Under the pieces are notes generated by a model. It saw nothing but the letters and a program-made list of their open reading frames with translations. It was not told the DNA's origin and did not search any database. Source: Mobula hypostoma (taxonomy: Eukaryota). Taken from it: DNA of 64,000 nucleotides. The stretch lies in assembly GCF_963921235.1 (NCBI RefSeq), contig NC_086108.1:107820001-107884000 (forward strand), written 5' to 3'. Both the position numbers and the translations under genes were made by a program. Shown here in pieces: positions 23,939 to 36,335 of the stretch (the first letter of the stretch is position 1; each line of letters begins with the position of its first letter).

Positions 23939-24756
23939 GACTCAAAAAGAGTTACCTTCCGCATGCATTCAGGCTCATCAACACCTCCACCCACTAACCC
24001 ACCCCTCCACACCCCCTACCACCACTACTTTATCATTTCCTGTCAGTCACCTTATGTACAGACACTCCTGTGTCTACTGTCACTTTATAGACATGTGATA
24101 TTATGTATTTATATTAATAGTGTCTCTTTCTTAAAGTGCTCCTTATCTTATTGTGTTTTTTGTGCAGCATTGGATCTGGAGTTACAATTATTTCATTCTC
24201 CTTTACACTTGTATACTGGAAATTACATTTAACAATCTTGAATCTTGACTCGTGAATTCGTTGCTGTCATCCCTGGAGATTGATGTAAGTTGCCACACAT
24301 TATTTCAATGGGGGATGCATTAGACATGTTGCATTGAAATATAACACATACTCAACGCCATGAAAGCGGGCGTGTTGTGTGTGGACTGCGAGTACAAGGA
24401 CAAAGTCTATATGACTGATTTGTTATCTGTCTAGTAACCCAGAAATTATCTTGGATCCAGGAAGCAACCTGCAGAAATGATACTATGTGCATTTTGAGTA
24501 GAATGTCTTACTTGGCTGTCAACTTGATCAGACACCTGCCAGACTTCAGAGACCTTCTGTCGAGTAATTCAAAACCTCATGAAAAGCTTGTGTTTATAAT
24601 GTGCTTCTCCAGATCCAAGGATTCTTCAGAATGCTTTAAAGCCAAGTACGGTGTAGTCGCTGTGGAAACAAGGCACTGTATTAAAGGCACCAAATTCCAC
24701 CTGCAGCAAGACCAGTTGATTTATTTATTTATTTAAAATGTCCTTTATTTTATTTT

Positions 24757-25330
24757 ATTGATTTAGAAATACAGCACAGAACAGACCCTTCCAGCTCAAC
24801 GAGCCACACCGCTGGTTTTACCCTAGCCTAATCACGGGGCAATTTACAGTGACCAATTAAACTACTAACCGATACGTTTTTGGACTGGGGTCGGCAACGG
24901 AAGCACAAGGGGGAAAACCACACATTCCGTGAGGAGACGTACAGACTCCTTACAGGTGTTGTCGGAATTGAATCCTGAACTCCGATGCCCCAATCTGTAA
25001 TAGTGTCATGCTAACTGCTATGTTATCGTGGCAACAAACATGTATCATGGGAGCATAGCAATTAGCGCAATGCTATTACAGCTTTGCGCATTCCGGACTT
25101 CGGGTTCAATTCCAGCGCCATATGTAAGAAGTTTTTACATTCTGCCAGTGAGCATGTGGATTTCCTCCAGATGCTCTGGTTTCCTCCTACTGTCCTAAGA
25201 TGTACCGGTTAGTAGGTTCATTGTTCATTGGAAATTATTCTGTAATTAAGCTAGGATTAAGTAGGTGGGTTGCTGAATGGTGCGGCTTGATAGGCCAGAA
25301 AGAGCTGTTCCACACTGTCTCTCCAAATAA
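24757..25330. mobile_element. Divergent pair of tRNA-derived V-SINE/HE1-like SINEs (- 24757-25033; + 25048-25330)
   Basis: B-box GGGTTCAATTCC at ~25102; V-domain in both copies; A-rich tails facing outward. Confidence 0.75.
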
Positions 25331-25549
25331 ATTAATTCATTAAAATTAATGTAATATAATATACAATCTGCAGGAGGTATTCAGTGGGTTGAGCAGCATC
25401 TGTGGGAGGGAGAGATGTCAACATTTAAGATGAAAACCCTGCGGCAGGACTGAGAGTGGAGAAGGGAGATTGGCAGGATGAAGGGTAGGGAAAGAGTGCC
25501 AAGATCAGCCTGGGTTCAAGATGTCTTCTCTTTAAAAAAGATTTAAAAG

Positions 25550-25960
25550 GGCAACACACACAAAATGCTGGAGGAGCTTAGCAGGTCAGACAGCATCCAC
25601 AGAGGGAAATAAAAAGTCAACATTTTGTGCCAAAACCCTTCATCAGGATTAGAAAGGAAGGGGGTAGTAGCCAGAATAAGAAGGTAAGGGGAGGGGAAGG
25701 AGTACAGGCTGAGAGGTGATAGGTGGAAAAGGTAAAAGGCTGAAGAAGAAGGAATGTGAGTGACAGGGCCATGGGAGAAAGGGAAGGAGGAGGGGAGCCA
25801 GGGGGAGGTGAGGCAAGTGAGGAGAAGGGAAGACATGAGAGGGTAACCAGAAATGGGGAGTGGAAAAAGACGAAAGGGGGAGTGGGTAGAAATTAATGGA
25901 AGTTAAAGAAATTGATGTTCATGCCGTCAGTCCAGATTAATTTGAGGTATTGTTCCTTCA
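25550..25960 (-). mobile_element. Decayed Penelope-like 3' part with degenerate hammerhead motif (~25615-25650)
   Basis: Reverse ...ATCCTGATGAAGGGTTTTGGCACAAAATGTTGACT; GMNINFFNF-like end at ~25900-25930. Confidence 0.7.
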
Positions 25961-27346
25961 AATTATACCAGAATTTGGATAAATCGAAGTTTATGCCATC
26001 AGATTGATCAAGTCGACAGACAGAGACTTTTTCCAGGACAGAAATGACTAATACAAGGGGCCATAATTACAATGTGATTGGAGGAAAGTATAGGAAGGAC
26101 TTCAGAGGTACGTTTTTTTACACAGAATTGCATGGAATGTTCTGCCAGAGGTGGGGGTAAAAGCAGATACATTTAGAGGCATTTAAGAAACCAGATAGGC
26201 ACATCAGTGGTAGAAAAATGGAAGGCTATGTGAGAGGGAAAAGATTAGGTTGACCTTAGAGTAGGTTAAAGGGCCTGCAAGCATCGTGGGCTGAAGCTCC
26301 TGTACTGTGCTGTTCTTTTTTATATGTTTTTTGATCTGTCTGGTTGGTAACCGCACCACCACTTCTTCATAGATACTGTTAACTCTTTCCGTTGCCTTGG
26401 GAAATCAGCCAACATTATTAAGGATCCCTTGTACCCTGGACATTCTGTCTTCTCCCTCCTTCCACTAGGCAGAAGATGAAAAAGCCTGGAAGTATGTACC
26501 ACCAGGCTTAAGGACAACTACTATCCCACTGTTATCAAACTATTGCACAAACCTCTCACACGCCAGAAGGTGCAATTTTGATCTCCCAATCTATGTCATT
26601 TTGGCCCTTGCATCTTATTTGTATTGGTAGTACAATATTATTTATTCTTCGTGTTTGGATTATTTATTCTTGTCAGATTTACCAAGATACAGTGACAAGC
26701 TTATCCTGCATACTGTTCATACTCATCAAATCATTACTCAGTACACTAAGCTAGAATAAGGTCAACAAAAACGATGCCATATAAAGTGTAAAAGCTACAG
26801 AGAAAGTGCAAGGTCATAACGAGGTAGATTGTGAGGCCAAGAGCCCATCTTACTGTACAACAAACATCTGATAGCAGTGGGGTAGAAGCTGTCCTTGAGC
26901 CTAGTGGGACATGCTTTCAGGCTTTTAAATCTCTTGCTCAGTGGGAGAGAGGAGATGAGAGAATGTCTGGGGTGGGTGGGGTTTTTGATTATGCTGGTTG
27001 CATTACTAAGGCAGTGAGAGGTAACGTCTAAGGTTGGGCTAGTTTCTGAGATGTGCTGAGCAGTTTCCTGTGGTGACACGCAGATAGGTTGCCATCCCGA
27101 GCTGTTACGCTTCTCTACAGAATGCGTTCTATGGTGCATCAATAAAAATCAGAATCAGTTTTAATATCACCGACATATGTCGTGAAATTTGTTAAGTTTG
27201 CGGCAGCAATACAATGCAATACATAACGTATAAATAAAAGTGAATTGCAGTAAGTATATCAATGTATATTAAATAGTTACATTAAGATAAATAGCATAAA
27301 AACAGAGATAAGAAAAAAGTAGTGAGGTAGTGTTCATGGATTCAAT

Positions 27347-27610
27347 GGCAGCATGGTAGCCTAGTGGTTAGCACAACGCTTTACAGCACCAGTGATGGGT
27401 TCAATTCCCACCGCTGCCTGTAAGGACATGGCCCGTAACCATGTGGGTTTCCTCCGGGTGCTCTAGTTTCCTCCCACAGTCCAGACATACCAGTTGGTTG
27501 GTTAGTTGAACACTGTAAACTGTCTCGTAATTAGGCTAGGGTTAAAATTGGAGGGTTGCTGGGCCAGGCAGTTCGAAGGGCTGGAAGAGCCTCTGTATCT
27601 CAATAAATAA
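27347..27610 (+). mobile_element. V-SINE/HE1-like SINE
   Basis: GGCAGCATGGTAGCCTAGTGGTTAGC head, GGGTTCAATTCCC, V-domain, and (AATA)n tail. Confidence 0.82.
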
Positions 27611-27964
27611 ATGGCAACGGTTGACGAGGGTATTTCAAATTTCTTTAGCCTTTTGAGGAAGTAGTGATGTCTGTGTGCTTTCCTGGCCATGTGGTTGACA
27701 TGGTTGGACAGACTATTTATTGGCCTCATCCATCTCAACCTCAAGGACGTTGATGTATACAGGAGCCTAAGCACCACCCCTCTTCCTGAAGTCAAAGACC
27801 AGTTTTTTTTTTGTTTAGTTGGTACTGAGAGAAATGTTTTTGTTATGACAACATGTCAGAAAGCTCTTTATCTCCTTCCTGTACTCCCGAAGGATTTGTC
27901 TACCTGCACTTTACCTTCTATGTCGCTTCAACGCCAGTTCTGCGTTCTGTTTTCTGTTTTCAGT

Positions 27965-28282
27965 GGCATGGTAGCATGGTGGTCAGTGTAACACTATTAC
28001 GGTGCCAGCGAGTGCTGATCAGGGTTCAATTCCTGCCATTATCTGTAGGGAGTTTGCATGTTCTCCCCATCACCGTGTAGGTTCCCCCCGGTATTCTGGT
28101 TTGCTCCCACATTCCAAAGATTAGGGCTAGTGAGTTGTGGGCATGCTCCGTTGCCGTTAGAACCACGGCAGTGATTTTGGACTGCTCCCAGCACAATCCT
28201 TGCTGATTTGATTTGATGCAAATGACACATTTCACTGTATGTTTCGATGTACCTGTGGCAAGTAAAGCTAAATCTAAACTTT
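27965..28282 (+). mobile_element. tRNA-derived SINE with V-domain and Rex/L2-type tail
   Basis: Same head as the HE1-like copies but ends TTTCACTGTATGTTTCGATGTACCTGTGGCAAGTAAAGCTAAATCT. Confidence 0.7.
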
Positions 28283-28808
28283 TAACTACTTCATTGTATA
28301 GCATAATCTATCTGGGAGGCATGCAAAACAAAACATTTTCTCTGCATCTTGGCACGTGTGATGTTAAACTAATTATCAGTCCCTCTGCTGTCCCCACCTG
28401 CATTCACATCCAGGATTTCATCTCTGCCACATACCCTCACAATCTCCCCTGTGTCCTGCTGGCCTACGTTAGCCTTTGGTTTAAGTGTCTCCCTTTTCAA
28501 ATCCCCAAGTTTGTGCGATTGAAGATCAAGCTTTGCCGGGTGGCCACCCTCATTGTCCAGAGGCCATCTAATAACTTAGCAGCTCATTCAGAGAAGCACT
28601 GGGTGCCAGCCAGTCGAGCCTCTGTTTATTCAATCTGAGTGTTGAATTTATTTATGGTAGGAAGCCTATCGTGACCTGAAGGTTGTTAATCTTTCCCTTG
28701 GATTTATTACAAAGGAAATCAATATTCGTGATGGGAGCGACTGCAGTTTTTTTGTGTGCTAGGCAGAGGCCTAGTTGTTTTGCCATGCACTGTGAGTTTC
28801 TGTTGGTT

Positions 28809-28969
28809 CACAACACGCTAGAGGAACTCAGCAGATTGGGCAGCATCCGTGGAAACAATCAGTCAACGTTTCGGGCCGGAACCCTTCATCAGGACTGAAG
28901 AGGGAAGGGGCAGAGGCCCTATAAAGAGTGTTGCTTTGACCCCAGCATCTGCAGAGTATTTTGTGTTTA
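28809..28969. mobile_element. Short Penelope-like insertion with inversion; 14-bp TSD
   Basis: TSD AG(T/C)TTCTGTTGGTT at 28795-28808 and 28970-28983; minus-strand part 28809-28926, then plus-strand terminal tail. Confidence 0.85.
28860..28897 (-). ncRNA. Minimal type I hammerhead ribozyme motif (intact core, GUU site)
   Basis: CAGUC-CUGAUGA-A-GGG(UUCCGG)CCC-GAAA-CG-UU-GACUG, 5-bp stem I. Confidence 0.8.
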
Positions 28970-30368
28970 AGCTTCTGTTGGTTGACTGGGTGAATGGATG
29001 GTGGGGGTCGATCAGTTGGATGGAAGGTGCTGAGAATCAGGAGTGCCCTTGCATTTTCCATGTTTCCTTATCAGGATCAGAACCAAAATCAGGTTTATTA
29101 CCAATGCATAGGATCAGACAAAAACGACAGGGGGTTATAAACTCAACCTCCCCACCACTGAGGATATCATCAAAAGGCAATGGCTTAAGAAGGTCACATC
29201 CATCATTAAGAACCTCCACCTCCATGGACAAGCCCCCATCTCATTGCTACCCTGAAGAAGAGTCTCGACCCGAACTGTCGACTGTTCATTTCCCTCCACA
29301 GCTGCTGTTTGACCTGGTGAGTTCCACCAGCATTTTGTGCATGTTGCTCAAAATTTCCATCATCTGCAGAATCTGGTGGTCTGCTCCTCCTTAGCTCCAA
29401 TGAGAAAAGCCCAGACTTGCTCAGCCTTTCATAGAACGTAGAACACAGTAGATTACAACACAGGAACAGGCCATTCGGCCCGCAATGTTGTGCTGAACCA
29501 ACTAAAAAGCAAATCATAAACACCCAACACTAATCCCTCCTACCTACACCATGTCCATCTCCCTCCATCATCCTTTTATCCGTGTGCCTATACAAAAGCC
29601 ACTAATGTATTTGCCTCTATCACCACACTAGGCAGCACAGTCTGGGCATCCACCACTCTGAATAAAAAAGCCTCCCCTTCACATCCCCCGTGAACTTACA
29701 GCCTCTCACCTTCAAAACATGCCCACTGGAATTAGAAATTTAACATCTTTCTTCATAAGATATGCTGTCTAATCCAGGCAGCATCCTTTGCACCCTCTAG
29801 GACTCCAAGGTGATTCAGAATCAAGTTTGTTGTCATTGAGAAATGTCTCTAAAAATTTCTGCAGTGCATTGTAAAACATAAACTTCTTAATATTATTTTT
29901 CTTAATTTGCACCATTTGTCTTCTTTTGCACATTGGCTATTTGTCAGCCTTTGTTTTTGCATAGTATTTCATAAATTCTATTGTATTTCTTTATTTTCCT
30001 GCAAATGCCCGCAAGAAAATGAATCTCAAGGGCATAGATGGTAACATAGGTGGTACTTGAAAATAACTTTTACTTAATAAAAATTATTGTAAGTTAAATA
30101 CTGTAATATTTGGTGGACTGTAGACTGGGCAGAGGTTTGCATCATCGTCACAGAGCTCTACATTACAGAAGCAGGCCCTTCGGCCCATCTAGCCCATGCC
30201 AGCTTGGTCTTCTGCCTGATCTGATGGTATTGTTCTGATAGTATTAAAGAATACAAGTCATTGTTTTGTGAAGTGTGCAGTTCCCGGACATGAATTAAGA
30301 AGATTGCCATCGTTGCGTCCTTTCTGGATTGATATGGTAAATACAGATCCATATTTCCTTGAAAAATC

Positions 30369-30570
30369 CATCCGATGGCATAGTGGTGGCACTGGACTTC
30401 GAGGCGAATGGTCCCAGATTCAGATCCGGCCGGATCCTTGCACACTTTCCATCCATGTTGGGTTGAGCATCGAGCTAGCAACTCAGCCTCATAAAAAACA
30501 GACAAAAAAAATGCTAAGGAAATGGCAAGGTTTCTGCCTAATGCACCACAAGGCGTGGAAAGGAACAACA
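30369..30570 (+). mobile_element. tRNA-derived SINE with RTE-like 3' tail
   Basis: TGGCATAGTGG A-box, degenerate B-box, and end ATGCACCACAAGGCGTGGAAAGGAAC. Confidence 0.5.
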
Positions 30571-30574
30571 AATT

Positions 30575-32062
30575 CCTTCGAAGTGGCATCACGGGTAGAT
30601 ACGGTCATAAAGAGAGCTTTTGGCACATTGCTCTTCAAAATCAGAGTACTGAGTATAGGAGCTGGGATGTTATGTTGAAGTTGTATAAGACGTAGGAGAG
30701 ATCTAATTTGGAGTATTGTGTCCAGTACAGGAAAGATATCAATAAGATGGCGCTACCGAAGATGTGCGACAGCTTACTGATAAATCATAAGACAAGAGAT
30801 ACGACTAAAACTGTTACTTATAACATCTTTCATGAAGCAAATTGTGGTGAATTATCACCACAGACTGTGAGGCAGGCAGGCTGGCTGGCGTGCTGAGGTA
30901 TTCCGAGGCGCAATATCTTCGTGTTTGAGCCGGGGTCACAGACGGATTTGGGTTCACTGCTGGAATGATTTGGAGAGGAGTCGATGTGGAAGAGTTTCGA
31001 TGCCCGTCCACTCAACCCGGGTGCAAGGTTAGATCACTCTAAGCACCGAGCCGATTTGGTGAGATAGAAACCAGTTTTGGGTGAGGCGGCTCAGGCGTAT
31101 CAGGGCGCTTGGATCCGGGTCCAGGAACGTGGCACTACTCAGTGCTTAGACAATTTGTACATCAGCCCAGATAAACTGGAAGCCTAAGTGTCAGGTACGG
31201 AGGGTTGGGCTGATTTTTGCTTGCTCGCCCGCAAATGTTCATTCTTTCTCGTAGCGCCGAGGCTGTGAACTGATTCGGCTGCTGTGCGTTTCCGCCTCGC
31301 TGGTGTGAAAACTGTGGACTGAGGCTCGGCTTGGACCGATTCCAGCTGCTCTAAGAGAGGATCTGGGACTCAATCTGGTTTGGGATGCTGTTGGCTTGCT
31401 TCTATTGTTTGCACGATGTGTTTTTCTTCCTCCCTCCCTTTTGATTTTTGGTCCTTTTTAATTGGGTTATTCGAGTTTCTTGCTTTGTGGCTGCCCGTAA
31501 GCAGACAAATTTCAAGATTGTATAATCTATACATTTTTAATAATAAATGTGCTTTGAATCTTTTGAATCTTTGAAGATTGAAACAGTGCTGAAAAAATTT
31601 ACAAGGATGTTACTGGGACTTGAGGACCTGACTTTCAGGGAAAGGTTGAATAGGTTAGGACTTTATTTCCTAGAACATAGAAGAATGAGGCAAGATTTGA
31701 TAGAGGTATATAAAATTATGAGGGGTATAGATAGGGCAAATGCAAGCAGGCTTTTTCCACTGAAGTTAAATGAGACTCGAACCAGAGGTGAAGGATTAAG
31801 GGTGAAAGATGAAATGTTTAAGGGGAACAACGGGGGTCTTTGTCACTCAGAGGTTGGTGAGAGTGTGGAATGATCTACCAGCAGAATCTGTGGATGTGGA
31901 TTTGTTTTCAACATTAAAGAGAAATTTGGAGAGATATGTGGATGAAAAGGTTTGGAGGGCTATGGTCCAGGTGCAGGCCAATGGGACCAGACAGAATAAC
32001 AGTTTGGTATGGAGTAGTTGGGCTGAAGGTTCTGCCTCTGTGCTGTAGTACTCTATGACTCT
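30575..32062 (+). mobile_element. CR1 3' fragment interrupted by an ~830-bp non-autonomous LINE-like element (30744-31573)
   Basis: CR1 ...YRKDINK | IETVLKKFTRML continues across the insert; the insert starts AAGATGGCGC and ends with a (TTTGAATC)n Rex-type tail. Confidence 0.7.
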
Positions 32063-33154
32063 AGACTGGTGGATCATTCCCAAGCAAAGATTCCATCCAG
32101 GTAGTCAAATCGTTATTCATTAAGATGCCCTTCACACTCCTTTGACCTTTGCTAATAGCCCTGACAGCAATTATTTGCAATAAGTTAATTAATTTTGTAT
32201 TTTTAGCAATCAAGGGCCAGAGTAATACAAGGTCTGTTTCCAGAGGTTAATTCCTGCTCTCACAGACTAATGTCTATTTTGTTTCAGGACAGGCAGATTT
32301 GACGGAGTTTCCGAAACAAGTTGGGGTGGGGGGAGGGGAGCCAGCTGATAGTGAGAAATTTTAATTCATTCAAGGCACTAGTATCCGGATTCAGCCTTGA
32401 TGTTCCCACCCACCACCTCAAAACAGCCTGAATCTTCAAAAGAGCTACAAGATAATGTTTCAGCTCTATAAATCCCTGGTTAGAGCATACTTGGAATATT
32501 GTGTTCAGTTCGGTGTAGGAAAGATGTGTAAGCTTTAGAGAGGGCGCAGAGGAGATTTACCAGGATGCTGCCTGGATTAGAGGGCATGATTTATGACGGT
32601 CTTATACATACTTCCTAATGCAGCCCCAATAAAAAGAGCGTAAGACCGGCAGAGAGCTGAGTCCCAAATGACCTTTGTCATTTGAACCGTTTTGAAGAAT
32701 TCTCTCTCAAACAAATGCCTCATGCAAACATCATAATCTGTTTGGCAATCCAGTTGCCAGGTGATAAATAAACCATTTGACAGTGTGGTCAGTGCTGTGG
32801 GGCTTGGAAACCGGTAACTACAGAGATGTAGCTCTAAGCTCCATTTTCGTCACGACTTGCTTTGTTTTATTCACACACTTTGCCTCAGGGAGAGACGTTT
32901 AACCTCTGGACCTGTTGATAATCTGCGATGATTGCCAAAAGGTCACAATGATTGTGCATGGTCAGGAACTGTTTGGTTTAAAACTGTGGGTTTATTTTAG
33001 CCCTGCAATCAGTTATTCCTCTTTTCTTTCCTTCAAGTGATGTTGTGAAACCCAGCTTCAATCCCATCTCTTCTATATAGCGTCCAAACTTACGACTACA
33101 ATTCCCTCTAACACTTCATGAACCGACTACAACTGGTTCAAAGCCTAGCACTTA

Positions 33155-34520
33155 TAAGACCATCAGACAGGAGCAGAATTAGGCCATTTGGCCCATCAAG
33201 TCTACACTGCTGTTCAATCAATGTTGATTTGTTTTCCCTCACAGCCCTGTTCTCTTGTCTTCTCCTTGTAACCAGTGAGGACTCCTGCAAACCTAACAAC
33301 CACTGCTTTAAATATACCCAGTGACTGCCTTCTGTGGCAAAGAATTCCACAGATTCATCACCCTCTGGCTAAAGAAATTTCTCTCCATCTCTGTTCTAAA
33401 GGGACATGCTTGTATTCTGAATCTGTGCCTTCTCATCAGATATTCTCCCACTATTGGAAACAGCCTCTCCCTGTCCACTCTATTTAGGTCTTTCAATGTT
33501 CAGTGGGTTTCAGTAAGAGCCCTCTCATTCTTCTAAACTCCAGTGAAGGCAGGCCCAGAGCCATCAAGCAGTCCTCATATATTAACCCTTTCCTTCCTGG
33601 GATAATGCCAGAGTACCCGTTCTCAGATACAGGACCAGAAACTGCTCACAATATTCCAAATGGAGTGTGACCAATGTGGTCTAAGTTCTCAGCATTAGAT
33701 TTTGCTGTTATATTGAAGTCCTCTTGAAATAAATGCTAACATTGTAATTGCCTTCAAAGCTGTTCAGCTACTTATGGTGCTACTCCAGGGAATACAGTCT
33801 AGGCTTCTCCAGTCCCTGTCTCTGAGATTCCTCAGTCCTAGAACCCTTGCAGTAAACCTCATCTGAACTCATTCAAGGATCTTACCTTCTTTCCTAATTG
33901 TGGTGACACAGTGAATAATCTGGATACAAAATAGCTCTCTTGACATGAATGCAAACTAGTCACCTTGTTATTGGAAGGATGTGGAAGCTTTACAGGCTTT
34001 GTAGAGGAGATTTACCAGGACACTGCCTGGATTAGACAGCATGGATAGGTTAACTGAACTAGGGCTTTTCTCTTCGGAGTGTAGAAGGATCAGAGGTGAT
34101 AGATGGAGGTGTATAAGATGATATAAGACATAGAACAAGTGAACAACCAGAGACTTTTTTACCAGGGCTGAAATGGTTGACATGAGGGATATAATTTTAA
34201 GGTGCTTGGAGGGAAATATGGGGGAAATACCAGAGGTAAGATTTTACAGAGAAAATGATCAATTCATGGAACACCCTGCTAGGGTTTGTGGTAGTGACAG
34301 ATAACATTAGGGGCATTGAAGAAACTCTTAAATAGCCATATGGATCACATGAAGATGAATCTCAAGGTTGTATAATTTCTACATAATTGGATAATAAATG
34401 TACTTTGAACTTGGGATGATAGAAAAATGTAGGAGGGAAATATTAGATTGATGAGAGTAGGTTAAAAGGTCAGTACAACATCATGGGCTGAAGGGCCTGT
34501 ACTGTGCTGTAATGTTATGC
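33155..34520. mobile_element. CR1 fragments (- 33155-33760; + 33966-34520)
   Basis: ORF 33308-33496 (FFSQRVMNLWNSLP); RRFTR.LPGL and the 3' UTR on the plus strand. Confidence 0.75.
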
Positions 34521-35121
34521 GTTTGATGTAATCCCACCGGTTTTAGCTAATGAGGTCTTTGAGTCCTGATGAAGGGTTTCCACCCAAAACCTTGACTGTC
34601 CATTTCCCTTTATCGAACCTGCTGAGTTCCTCAGGGGTTTTGTGTGTGACTTTGGGAGAGTGTTTGATTCTGACAAATTAATTTAATTTTCTTTATAATG
34701 TCTTCACAGCTTCACATTAATGATAGCGGCAAAGTGTGGAATTTGCAACTCATCCCCTCAGCAGAATTAATGCACTATCTTCTCTCTGGAGATGCTTAAC
34801 TTCAAGGGAGGCTTTGATAGTGTGTATCCTGGTTTTGTGGGCTTAGAAGTTAACTTGTGCAGTGCACGAGATTTCAGGCAGCATCTTTGCAGATTTTTGA
34901 AGTGTCTCATCGCTAATGAAGTACTATTTTAACATAGGCAGGTGCAAATGTATGCAACATTTGAGAGATTTTTGGATAAGAACATGGATGGGAGGGCTGT
35001 GGACAGCTATTGTCCAGGTGAAGGTTGATGGGACTGGGCAGAATACCAGTTCAACATGGACTAGATGGGCCAAAGGTCCTGTTTCTGTGCTGTAGTGCTC
35101 GTTGACTCTATGATTCTAAAC

Positions 35122-35201
35122 CAGAGGTTCCCATCCTGGAATCCACAGACCCCTCGGTTAATGGTAGGGGTCCATGGCATGAAGACGTTTGGGAATCCCT
35201 G
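35122..35201. mobile_element. ~80-bp hAT (Charlie-type) MITE; related pieces at ~37705-37773 and ~63668-63722
   Basis: Termini CAGAGGTTCCCA / TGGGAATCCCTG; flanks TTCTAAAC / CTCTAAAG resemble a decayed 8-bp nTCTAGAn-type TSD. Confidence 0.65.
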
Positions 35202-35603
35202 CTCTAAAGATGGCACGCAACAACTGCTGCTGTGGAGGCCCGGTCATTGGGTGTATTTAAGGCAGAGGTTGATAGGTTCTTGATTGGACATGGCATCAAA
35301 GGTAATAGGGAGAAGGCCAGGAACTGGGGTTGAGGAGGAGAAGAAAAAAGGATCAGCCGTGATTGAATAGCAGAGCAGACCTGATGGGCCAGATGTCCTA
35401 ATTCTGCTCCTATGTCTTACGGTGTTATGGTCCAACCAATATGTAGGCAATAAGCTTCCATTGTACTGCAACAGGACATTCTGCTGATGGATGGATAAGT
35501 AAACAGGGGAAGTCCAGGACCAGAGGTCACAGCCTCAAAATAGAGGAACACTCATAACACGCTGGAGGAACTCAGCAGGTCGGGCAGCATCCGTGGAAAA
35601 GAT

Positions 35604-35641
35604 CGGTCAACGTTTCGGGCTGGAACCCTTCGTCAGGACCG
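35604..35641 (-). ncRNA. Minimal type I hammerhead ribozyme motif (intact core, GUU site)
   Basis: CGGUC-CUGACGA-A-GGG(UUCCAG)CCC-GAAA-CG-UU-GACCG. Confidence 0.8.
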
Positions 35642-36297
35642 TAGAGGGAAGGGGCAGAGGCCCTATAAAGAAGGTAGGGGGATGGTGGGAAGGAGAAGGC
35701 TGGTTGGTTCCAGGTGAAAAACCAGTAAGGGGAAAGATAAAGGGGTGGGGGAGTGGAAACAGGGAGGGGATAGGCAGGAAAGGTGAAGAAGGAATAGGGG
35801 AAAACACAATGGGTAGTGGAAAGAGGCGGAACCATGAGGGACGTGATAGGCAGCTGGGGGAGGGGACAGAGTGACATAAGGATAGAGGAAGGGAGGGGGA
35901 GGGAATTACCGGAAGTTGGAGACTTCTATGTTCATACCAAGGGGCTGGAGACTACCTAGACAGTATATGAGGCATTGCTCCTCCAACCTGAGTTTAGCCT
36001 CATCATGGCAGTAAAGGAGGGCATGTATGGACATATCTGAATGGGAGTGGGAAGCAGAGTTGAAGTAGGTGTCCCCCTCCCCCAGCTGCCTATTACCTCC
36101 CTCATGGTTCCGCCTCCTTCTACTACCCATTGTGTTTTCCCCTATTCTATCTTCATCTTTCCTGCCTATCACCTCCCTGCCTCCCCTCTCCCACCCCTTT
36201 ATCTTTCCCCTTACTGGTTTTTCACCTGGAACCTACCAGCTTTCTCCTTCCCACCATCCCCCCACCTTCTTTATAGGGCCTCCACCCCTTCCCTCTA

Positions 36298-36335
36298 CAG
36301 TCCTGATGAAGGGTTCCGGCCCGAAACGTCGACCG
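36298..36335 (+). ncRNA. Minimal type I hammerhead ribozyme motif (intact core, GUC site)
   Basis: CAGUC-CUGAUGA-A-GGG(UUCCGG)CCC-GAAA-CG-UC-GACCG; one mismatch in stem I. Confidence 0.85.
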
